Assembly (NCBI GenBank): GCA_040752415.1
Contig: JBFMGU010000307.1
Span: forward strand, 1 to 12,007
DNA length: 12,007 nucleotides
From: Myxococcota bacterium
Lineage (GTDB): Bacteria; Myxococcota; JACRCW01
Direction: 5' to 3'
In this document: positions 1-6,844 of the stretch, piece after piece
Numbering within the stretch: position 1 is the first letter of the stretch
Layout: each line of letters opens with the position of its first letter
Position numbers and translations under genes: made by a program
The notes under the pieces: generated by a model
The model's input: the letters and a program-made list of their open reading frames with translations, nothing else
Databases searched by the model: none
Told to the model about the DNA's origin: nothing

Positions 1-93
1 GGCACGCTTGGGCTCAACTCGCCGGTGACGACGACGCTTCTTCAACTCCAGCCGGGACAGCCGGATACGCCAGATTTTGTCGATGCTGTCCAA
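1..93 (-). CDS. Possible 5' end of a gene running off the left edge (MDSIDKIWRIRLSRLELKKRRRHRRVEPKRA...), product unknown
   Basis: The minus-strand frame is open from TTG at 93 to position 1 and gives a protein-like basic sequence. Several A/T-ending or rarer codons (AAA, CGT, GTT, TTG) differ from neighbouring genes. It starts 5 nt after the inverted repeat arm at 99-122. No strong RBS, so the start is uncertain. Confidence 0.35.
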   Translation of the reverse strand, partial: MDSIDKIWRIRLSRLELKKRRRHRRVEPKRA

Positions 94-98
94 AGCGG

Positions 99-237
99 CT
101 CGCCGCCCTGGCCAGCGCCGAGTGCGTTCCCAACGTGCGGAACGGCCTTCGGCCTGTCGCGACGGGGCGTCGACGTGTCTGCGACCGGCGACCGTTGACA
201 AGAGTGCCACCCGCTCGGCGCTGGCCAGGGCGGCGAG
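99..237. repeat. Perfect 24-bp inverted repeat (99-122 / 214-237) enclosing 91 nt with several small hairpins; possible structured ncRNA or MITE/REP-like element
   Basis: 99-122 CTCGCCGCCCTGGCCAGCGCCGAG is the exact reverse complement of 214-237 CTCGGCGCTGGCCAGGGCGGCGAG. Internal stems: CGTTCC(125-130)/GGAACG(139-144), GGCC-TTC-GGCC(144-154), and GTCGCGAC(156-163)/GTC-T-GCGAC(177-185). Confidence 0.85.
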
Positions 238-381
238 GGCCCGCCGCACTCCAGGTTGTGGTCCGTTTGAGGCTGTCACGACCCGATGGCCAATTTGTCC
301 TGGCGCAGCCCCGACATGCTCACGTCGTCACGGTTGTGCTTCACCGCCCTGAAGGGAACCGCGACGTTCCTGGAAGCGCGC

Positions 382-3096
382 TCAGCCCACCGGAGCCGGT
401 GCAGCAGCGTTGCCCGTCGTCGGGGCGGGAGTGGTGGTGCCGGTGGCGGCGGGCTGCTGCGCGGGCTTGGTGACCGGCAGCTCCTTGTTGAGATCCTCGG
501 CGGAGTGCGCGTTCTTGATGTGCCAGGGATAGACGCGCTCCAGCCCGTGCATCTCCTGCTCGGCGGCGAAGTGGTGCTTGCCCAGCGTCACAATGCCCGG
601 CAACAGCGCGTCCTTGTCCAGCCGCAGCTCGAACGCCTTGCGATGCGCGGTCACCTCCACCTTCTTCTGGCTCTTCTCCTGGATCTTGAGCTGCATCAGC
701 GTGCCCGGCACGCCAAAGCGGTCCTTGATCTCGGTGACGCCCGGGTCCTTCTTCTCCCCGCTCGTCGACGACGTGGCGGCCGCGTCCGCGGGCTTGGCGG
801 CATCCGCCGCGGCCTTCTCCGCCTTGGCGGCCTCCGCGCCCTTCTCCGGGTCCAGCCAGGTCAGGATGCGGTCCGCAATGAACGCCGGGATGTGCTGCAG
901 GTTCACCACCTGGCTCTTCTTGCTGTCCGCGAAGGACTTGCTCAGCAGTGACAGGTCGCTGGTGGTGCAGATGTACTGCCGACCCACCGCCGAGCCCTCC
1001 AGCTTCATCAGCTCGTCGTAGAGCAGGCCCACCGTGCCGTTCTCGGAGCGCTCCTTGGCCACCGCCTTGGCGTCCTTCTGGCGCACGTCGTTGTTGGGCG
1101 CCATGCCAATCAGCTTGGCGAAGCTGTAGTCGCCACGCCACACGGTGATCTTTCCGTCGCCGTCGTTCTTGATGGCGTCATCCAGTGACTTGAAGCGCAG
1201 CGGCGAGGTCTCGTACATCATCTGCTCGTAGCGGACCTTGAAGCCGTAGGGGTTCTCCGTCGAGACGCGCGTGGGATCCGCCTTGGCCTTCAGTTGCTCC
1301 TTGGCCAGGTCGAACAGCTTGCCGCGCTGCTCATGCACCTTGGCGGCCAGGTCCTTGCGACCGGTGTCGCGCAGGCCCTGCTCCAGGTACCAGAACTCCA
1401 GGTCCACCTGCTGGTACTTGCTCATGGCGCTGGTGGCGTCGGAGCCCTTGGCGCCGGAGACCGTGAACAGCGTGGTCTTGTCCATCTTGGACACGTCGGC
1501 CAGCTTCACCAGCAGCTCGGCAACCTGCGGGTGCGGGGAGAGCTTGTAGTTCCCGTCGGCCTTGCGCGCTTCCAGGTCCGGCTCCACCACGAACTTCTCA
1601 CCGGCCTTGGGTTCCGTCGCGACCTTGCCGTGCAGTGCCACCGTGTCCTTGGTCAGCTCACTCAGCAGCTTCTGCCCTTCCTCCTTGGGCATCATCATCA
1701 GCCGACGCGACAGCGTGAAGTACTCGAGCTGGCTGAAGGGCACGGCCTTGCCGCCCATCACCAGCGAGGGCCGGCCCGCCGGGTCGTAGAGGAAACCGTC
1801 GCGGCCGAGGTCGAAGGGCAGCCCGTTGAGCAACACCGGCTTGTCCGGGCTCTTCTCCAGCACCTTCAGCCCGTTGCTGACCATGTAGTCGTCAAAGCCG
1901 GCGCGCACGCGGTCAGAGCCGATGAACTTCTTGGCGCGCGCAATGCCCTCGGAGACCTCGCGCTTGAACTGCTCGTGGCTCAGGGAGAGGTCGCGGTCCT
2001 GGTCGCGCAGGATGGCGGGCGGGAAGTCGTACTCGGAGAGGATGCGGTTCATCAGCACGCGACCGGTGCGGCCGTTGGAGTCGCCGAACGGGTGCAACGC
2101 CACGAAGCGCTGCTGGAACTTCGCCGCGGCGCCAATGACGTCGGCGTCGGGCTTCTTCAGCTCCGTCTTCAGCTCGTCCACCATCTCCTGCATCTTCTGC
2201 TTGATGACGTCCGGCTTGGGGTACTCCAGCATGCCGTAGCGCGCGTCGTTCTTGCTGCCCGGCAGCTCCACGAACTTGATGCCCAGCGCCTGCATGTTCT
2301 TCACTTCGTCGTTGGTATAGGTGCTGGGGCGCGCGTACTGGCGGCCATCCCGGATCTCCCCGCCCTTGTCCCAGCGGAAGCCGCGACCAATCCAGGCAAT
2401 GCCACGCAGCAGGGTGGCCTTGATGCCCTCGTCGGGGGCGTGGATGGCCTCATTGGCCTTCACCATCAGGTCCACGGAGAACTCGTCGAGCAGCTTCCCC
2501 TTGGGGATGTTCTCCAGCATGGTGTGCGCGCGCATGTAGCCACGCCACGCCACGTCGCCATAGGCCCGGGTGAAATCACCTTCCGCGCGGTTGGGCGTGT
2601 TGATGAACGTCGCCGCGATCATCATGCCCACGCGGCCGCTCTCGTAGTCGCCCTTGGCCTTGGGCAGCTCGTACGAGGAGAGCTTGAGGTTCGCCGGCTC
2701 GAGGTCGCGCGCGGAGAAGGTCTGCTTCTCGAAGAAGACGTTGCCCTTCCGCTCCCCGACGCCGTCCTCCAGCTTGAGCGCCTTGGGCTGGATGGGCGCC
2801 ACGAAGGCCTGCCACTGGCCGGACTTGATGGAGTTGCTGAGCTGGAACGTCGTCTCGGTGAGCTCGCTCTCGGTGGGCGAGTCGACGCCCTTGGCCTTCA
2901 GCAGCGCCCGCGCGGCGCTCTGCATGGACCACGAGTCCTTCTGCAGGTCCTCGACGGTCTTGTTGTTGGCCTTGAGATACTCCCCGAGGTTCTGCGGCTC
3001 CTTCTTCTCCTCGGGCTTGGGTTGTTGCGCAGGGAGGCCCGTGGGGGCCGGTGGGATGTAGCCGTGGGATGGGCTCTTTCCGGAGACGACCGTCAT
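382..3096 (-). CDS. Fic-domain protein with a putative C-terminal R-S-E ADP-ribosyltransferase domain (904 aa), candidate toxin/effector
   Basis: Fic motif HPFGDSNGRTGR at aa 335-346 (nt 2059-2094), preceded by AAAKFQQRFVAL. ART-like motifs are VWRGD (R654), YICTTSD (C710-S713) and EQEMHGLERVYPWHI (E846/E848). RBS AAGGGAGA lies upstream of ATG 3096. Strong G/C third-position bias. Both termini are Pro/Thr/Ala-rich. Confidence 0.9.
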   Translation of the reverse strand: MTVVSGKSPSHGYIPPAPTGLPAQQPKPEEKKEPQNLGEYLKANNKTVEDLQKDSWSMQSAARALLKAKGVDSPTESELTETTFQLSNSIKSGQWQAFVAPIQPKALKLEDGVGERKGNVFFEKQTFSARDLEPANLKLSSYELPKAKGDYESGRVGMMIAATFINTPNRAEGDFTRAYGDVAWRGYMRAHTMLENIPKGKLLDEFSVDLMVKANEAIHAPDEGIKATLLRGIAWIGRGFRWDKGGEIRDGRQYARPSTYTNDEVKNMQALGIKFVELPGSKNDARYGMLEYPKPDVIKQKMQEMVDELKTELKKPDADVIGAAAKFQQRFVALHPFGDSNGRTGRVLMNRILSEYDFPPAILRDQDRDLSLSHEQFKREVSEGIARAKKFIGSDRVRAGFDDYMVSNGLKVLEKSPDKPVLLNGLPFDLGRDGFLYDPAGRPSLVMGGKAVPFSQLEYFTLSRRLMMMPKEEGQKLLSELTKDTVALHGKVATEPKAGEKFVVEPDLEARKADGNYKLSPHPQVAELLVKLADVSKMDKTTLFTVSGAKGSDATSAMSKYQQVDLEFWYLEQGLRDTGRKDLAAKVHEQRGKLFDLAKEQLKAKADPTRVSTENPYGFKVRYEQMMYETSPLRFKSLDDAIKNDGDGKITVWRGDYSFAKLIGMAPNNDVRQKDAKAVAKERSENGTVGLLYDELMKLEGSAVGRQYICTTSDLSLLSKSFADSKKSQVVNLQHIPAFIADRILTWLDPEKGAEAAKAEKAAADAAKPADAAATSSTSGEKKDPGVTEIKDRFGVPGTLMQLKIQEKSQKKVEVTAHRKAFELRLDKDALLPGIVTLGKHHFAAEQEMHGLERVYPWHIKNAHSAEDLNKELPVTKPAQQPAATGTTTPAPTTGNAAAPAPVG

Positions 3097-3311
3097 CAGC
3101 GTTCTCCCTTCCGCAACTGTTCGATGTAGGGCTTGAGCTCAGGAGGCGGCGGCCATTGCGGCCCGGGCGGCGGCTTCCCCTTCCAGTCGATGCCGAACTT
3201 GTGGCCGCGCTCGCACTTGTACTCGTCGGTCTCGTCGCCCTCGTACGTGCGCTCCGCCTTGGCGCCACAGATCAGACACCAGTGGGTCTTTGCGTTCTCG
3301 CCGCCAGCCAC
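3096..3311 (-). CDS. Small Zn-ribbon-like protein (C-x2-C-x17-C-x3-H, Pro-rich tail), about 71 aa; alternative ATG start at 3335 (79 aa)
   Basis: Sequence includes HWCLICGAKAERTYEGDETDEYKCERGHKF. GGAGG sits 5 nt upstream of GTG 3311. Its TGA stop overlaps the ATG of the Fic gene (TGATG at 3098-3094). Confidence 0.75.
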   Translation of the reverse strand: MAGGENAKTHWCLICGAKAERTYEGDETDEYKCERGHKFGIDWKGKPPPGPQWPPPPELKPYIEQLRKGER

Positions 3312-3393
3312 TCCACCCTCCAGGAAGTCCCTCATCGGGTAACCGGATCACCCTACAATGGCGCTCCGGGCCTTTCCACTGAGGGGTGGGCGT

Positions 3394-3420
3394 TTATCGG
3401 GCAGGAAGACCGAAAGTTGC
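3394..3420 (-). promoter_or_regulatory. Putative sigma28/FliA-type promoter for the Zn-ribbon/Fic-ART operon
   Basis: Minus strand reads GCAACTTT-N11-CCCGATAA against the enterobacterial FliA consensus TAAAGTTT-N11-GCCGATAA: 5/8 and 7/8 matches with exact spacing, in the intergenic region upstream of the operon. Confidence 0.5.
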
Positions 3421-3499
3421 GTGGATCCGCGCGGTTGTGCCCGCCGTCACCCCGGGTCGTAGGATGCGGTCCCCCGTCGTGGAACGGGCAGGAGGTGGC

Positions 3500-4177
3500 A
3501 TGAAGCTGGTGATGGGTTCTCGGGCGTACTCGTCGTGGTCCCTGCGACCGTGGCTGCTGCTGAAACACGCGGGGATCCCGTTCGAGGAGGAGGTGCTGAG
3601 CTTCAACGCGCCGGACTTCAAGGCGCGCGCGCGCAGCTACTCGCCGGTGGGCAAGGTGCCGGTCCTCGTCGACGGAGACCTGGTGATCTGGGACAGCCTG
3701 GCCATCTGTGAATACGTGGCGGAGCGCTTCCCCGAGAAGGGCCTGTGGCCGAAGGAGCAACGGGCGCGGGCCCGGGCACGCTCGGTGTGCGCGGAGATGC
3801 ACTCCGGCTTCCAGGCGCTGCGACAGAACATGCCCATGAACGTCACCGCGCACCTGCCGGGCCGGGGCTGGAACCTCACCGTGCAGCGCGACATCGACCG
3901 CGTCACGTCGCTGTGGGCGGACTGTCGCGCGCGGTTTGGCGCGGGTGGGCCGTTCCTGTTTGGCGCGTTCTCCGTCGCGGATGCCTACTTTGCGCCGGTG
4001 GTCACGCGTTTCACCACCTATGGCGTCGCGTTGCCCGACGACGCGCGTGCCTACGTGGACACCATCACCGCGCTCCCCGCCATGAAGGCGTGGGTGGAGG
4101 CGGCGCGCGCAGACCGCGATTACGTCGAGGAGGACGAGCCGTATCGGACGCGGGAGCAGGCGGGATTGGGGTCGTGA
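3500..4177 (+). CDS. Glutathione S-transferase family protein (225 aa)
   Basis: N-terminus MKLVMGSRAYSSWSLRPWLLL, then SPVGKVPVL, IWDSLAICEY, CAEMHSGF and FLFGAFSVADAYFAPV. RBS GGAGGT at 3491-3496 before ATG 3500, so the ORF-track start at 3386 is too far upstream. Confidence 0.95.
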   Translation: MKLVMGSRAYSSWSLRPWLLLKHAGIPFEEEVLSFNAPDFKARARSYSPVGKVPVLVDGDLVIWDSLAICEYVAERFPEKGLWPKEQRARARARSVCAEMHSGFQALRQNMPMNVTAHLPGRGWNLTVQRDIDRVTSLWADCRARFGAGGPFLFGAFSVADAYFAPVVTRFTTYGVALPDDARAYVDTITALPAMKAWVEAARADRDYVEEDEPYRTREQAGLGS

Positions 4178-4322
4178 AGCGGTTCGTGCCCCGCTCGGGC
4201 GACACCCCGACACGTGGTGGGCGCGTGAAGCGTGGGTTGGGTTGGGAGGGCGCGGGCCGGTGGGCGCGGAACCCCGGCGGGGCGGAGGGGCTCCCGCGAC
4301 GGGCATGTCACGTTTTGTTCAT

Positions 4323-4356
4323 GGTGTAATACACCTTTGGAAGAATGTATTGCACC
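4323..4356. terminator. AT-rich 11-bp hairpin between convergent GST and murJ genes; possible bidirectional terminator or protein-binding dyad
   Basis: GGTGTAATACA-(12 nt)-TGTATTGCACC with one G.U pair on the + strand. It lacks a long poly-U tract, so the terminator role is only inferred from position. Confidence 0.4.
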
Positions 4357-4378
4357 TTGATGACCGACTCGGGCCCAC

Positions 4379-6031
4379 TCACCGCCGGAGACGACGGGTC
4401 AGCTTCCCGGTGAGACTGCGCGCATCCTCGACACCCAACGCCGCCGTGATGCCCAGGTACACCGCGCCAAACGCCGCACCAACGACGGCCGCGGTCACCA
4501 GCGGATGCACCGGCGGAAGAACCAGCCGCGCGCCCCAACCCGCCGCCGCGCCGGCGCCCGACGCACCGAACATCTGCACCAGCCGCACCGCGCCCACGCC
4601 AAAGGAGCCAATCTGCTTGCGCAGTGCGCGGCGGAGCAAGACCCACTCCAGCCACGACGAGACTCCCGCCCCCAGCGCCAATCCCACCGGCCCCAGCGGC
4701 AGCCCGCCCACGCGCAGCTCACCAAAGACTCCCGCGGACAGACCAATCTGCGGGATCGGCTCGAACTGCACCATCAGGATGAAGCTCAACACCGACGACA
4801 CCACAACCCGGATGATGGCGATGCGCTTGGGCGTGGCGGTGTCGCGCATGGCGAAGAGCGCGGAGGAGAAGAGGCGCGTGGTCGTCGACGCGAGCAGGCC
4901 CACCGCGTAACCCACCAGCACCACGTAGACGAGCAGCGTCTCGTTCCTTCCGAACCGACCCGTCTGGTACAGCGCCGCCACCCACACGTCGCCCAGCACC
5001 ACGAACGCCACGAAGGTGGGCACCACGTAGAACGCCACCCGCCGCATGGCCGCGCTGGTCCGCTCCTGCAGCACCTGCACCGCGGCGTTGCGTTGCCGGG
5101 AAAGCTCGGGAAGCTCCGCCGCCGCCACCGCCATCCCAAACAGGCTCACCGGCAGCATGTAGATGGTCTGCGCGCAACCAATCGCCGCCACCGCGCCCAC
5201 CGCGAGCACGCTGGCCATCACGCCGTCAATGTAGCCGCTGAGCTGCACCACCCCGCGCCCCACGATGGCGTCGCTGGCGTTGCGCACGGCGTCCCGCACG
5301 CCCTGCAGCTTCAGGTCCCAGCGGATCTTCAGGCCGCGCTCGAGGCGCAACACGCCGGGGAGCTGCACCAGGAACTGCAGGAAGCCACCCAAGAGCGCGC
5401 CCACGCCCACCGCCAGCACCAGGTCCGCCGACGCCATGTCCAGCACGCCGCCGCACAACAGGAACGCACCGATGATGGCCACGTTCCACAACACCGGCGC
5501 GAAGTAGGGGAGGAAGAAGTGGCGATGGCTGTTGAGGATCCCCAGCGCCCACGCCGAGAGGACGAGCAGACCCGTCATGGGGAAGAGGATGCGCACCAGC
5601 GTGATGGTGAGAGCCTGTCGCTCGCCGGTGAAACCGGGGAGGAAGAGCCGCACCATGATGGGCGCACCCAGCACGCCCACCAACGTCAACGCACCGGCCA
5701 GCGCGAGGAGCAGCGCGAACACCGCACCCGCCACGCGCCCCGCTTCCTCGTTGCGCTTCTGCTCGAGCAGCTCGGCGTAGACGGGGATGAACGAAGCGCT
5801 CAGCGTGCCCTCGCCGAGGAGGTTCTGCAGCAGGTTGGGCAGTCGCAGCCCGGCGCGGAAGACGTCCGCGTACAGCGAGGTGCCGAAGTACTGCGCGAAC
5901 ACGCGCTCGCGCACCAGGCCGGCGATGCGACTCAGCAGGATGCCCGCGCGGACCTTGCCCGAGCCGGAGCCCGGTGGCGGAGCAGCAGGTGCGCCCTCGA
6001 CGGGAGGTGGTGCCGCGGTGGTGGTGGTCAT
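4379..6031 (-). CDS. murJ: Lipid II flippase MurJ (MviN), 550 aa
   Basis: Motifs LLSRIAGLVRERVFAQYFG, ADVFRAGLRLPNLLQNLLGEGTLSASFIPVY, GILNSHRHFFLPYFAPVLWN and LPVSLFGMAVAAAELPELSR, with many TM segments. ATG 6031 overlaps the upstream stop (ATGA). Confidence 0.95.
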   Translation of the reverse strand: MTTTTAAPPPVEGAPAAPPPGSGSGKVRAGILLSRIAGLVRERVFAQYFGTSLYADVFRAGLRLPNLLQNLLGEGTLSASFIPVYAELLEQKRNEEAGRVAGAVFALLLALAGALTLVGVLGAPIMVRLFLPGFTGERQALTITLVRILFPMTGLLVLSAWALGILNSHRHFFLPYFAPVLWNVAIIGAFLLCGGVLDMASADLVLAVGVGALLGGFLQFLVQLPGVLRLERGLKIRWDLKLQGVRDAVRNASDAIVGRGVVQLSGYIDGVMASVLAVGAVAAIGCAQTIYMLPVSLFGMAVAAAELPELSRQRNAAVQVLQERTSAAMRRVAFYVVPTFVAFVVLGDVWVAALYQTGRFGRNETLLVYVVLVGYAVGLLASTTTRLFSSALFAMRDTATPKRIAIIRVVVSSVLSFILMVQFEPIPQIGLSAGVFGELRVGGLPLGPVGLALGAGVSSWLEWVLLRRALRKQIGSFGVGAVRLVQMFGASGAGAAAGWGARLVLPPVHPLVTAAVVGAAFGAVYLGITAALGVEDARSLTGKLTRRLRR

Positions 6032-6762
6032 GCGCGCCCGTCCAGGATCTGCTCCAGCGCCTGCTGGGCACCCGCCCGCACCCTCTCGACATCCACCGGG
6101 TCGTCGGGATTCCCCCGCGTGTCCACCGGCGGCGCCACCACGAAACGGAACCGCGCCCGACGTGGCAGAGGCGTCCCCCACACGCCTACCGGGATGGGGA
6201 TGTCATAACGCTCCGAGCCGAACAACGTGCGCCCGATCCACCGCTCCCGTCCCAGCACGCGCCAGGCGTCGTCGATGCCGAGGCCGGCGACGGGGATGAT
6301 GGGCACACCCGCGCGCATGGCCAGCCGCGCAAACCCGCTGCGGTTCCCCCACTGCAGCCGACCACGCTCCCGGGACGTCTTGAAGCTGTCGTGGATGCCG
6401 CCGGGATACACGCCGAGCAGCTGTCCCGACGTGAGCAACCTTCCCGCCACCTCGTGCTCACCGGGGACCGCGGCCACCAGCTGGAAGAACGACGCAAAGG
6501 GCTCGCGCTGCCACACGTTCCGGTCGGCGATGAAGCGCACGTAGCGGCCGGTCTCCTTGAGGAGCAGCGGCACCAGCACGAAGCTGTCGATGCCGAAGAG
6601 CGCGTGATTGCCGACGATGAGCGCACCCCCGCTGCGAGGAATGCGCTCCACGTTCTCGACGGTGGCGCGGAAGTAGCGACGGATGACTTCCACCACCACG
6701 CGCGCGGACGGGCGGGCCATCAGCTCCACCACGCGCGCCTCCGCTTCCGACGACACCTCCAT
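6028..6762 (-). CDS. Lysophospholipid acyltransferase family protein (PlsC/DGAT2-like), 244 aa
   Basis: Catalytic NHxxxxxD (GNHALFGID), VENVERIP, GVYPGG and GFARLAMRAGVPIIPV motifs. Confidence 0.9.
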   Translation of the reverse strand: MEVSSEAEARVVELMARPSARVVVEVIRRYFRATVENVERIPRSGGALIVGNHALFGIDSFVLVPLLLKETGRYVRFIADRNVWQREPFASFFQLVAAVPGEHEVAGRLLTSGQLLGVYPGGIHDSFKTSRERGRLQWGNRSGFARLAMRAGVPIIPVAGLGIDDAWRVLGRERWIGRTLFGSERYDIPIPVGVWGTPLPRRARFRFVVAPPVDTRGNPDDPVDVERVRAGAQQALEQILDGRA

Positions 6763-6844
6763 CCACGCTCCTCATCCCCGCACGCGCCCGCATGGAAGGA
6801 TGACAACCGTACCGGTGTCAATGACGTGCTAGCGTCGGCGCCGC

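Noticed and set aside
195..225. TTGACA sigma70 -35 box on the plus strand
   Set aside because: There is no -10 hexamer at 16-18 nt spacing and no plausible plus-strand gene downstream.
1294..3129. Long antisense or alternate-frame ORFs (1294-3129 +, 4505-6208 +, 5974-7239 +, 7472-9037 +, 9397-11199 -, 10715-11617 -, 3353-4306 - and similar)
   Set aside because: They are shadow ORFs typical of high-GC DNA. They overlap genes with clear family motifs and have no recognisable domains.
3096..3335. Classical FicA/VbhA antitoxin call for the small ORF
   Set aside because: Its EG/EN dipeptides (RDFLEG, VAGGEN, ERTYEG) lack Ser/Thr at the -4 position required by (S/T)xxxE(G/N), and it looks like a Zn ribbon. 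It is kept only as a candidate partner.
3386..3499. N-terminal extensions from the ORF track for GST (3386), MurJ (6181) and the HAD phosphatase (9695)
   Set aside because: Family homology starts at the downstream Met in each case. This is supported by an RBS (GST), an ATGA overlap (MurJ) and avoidance of overlap with the divergent ATP-grasp gene (HAD).
4323..4356. dif/Xer recombination site
   Set aside because: The arms are 11 bp but separated by 12 nt rather than 6, and there is no TTATGTTAAAT-like XerD arm.
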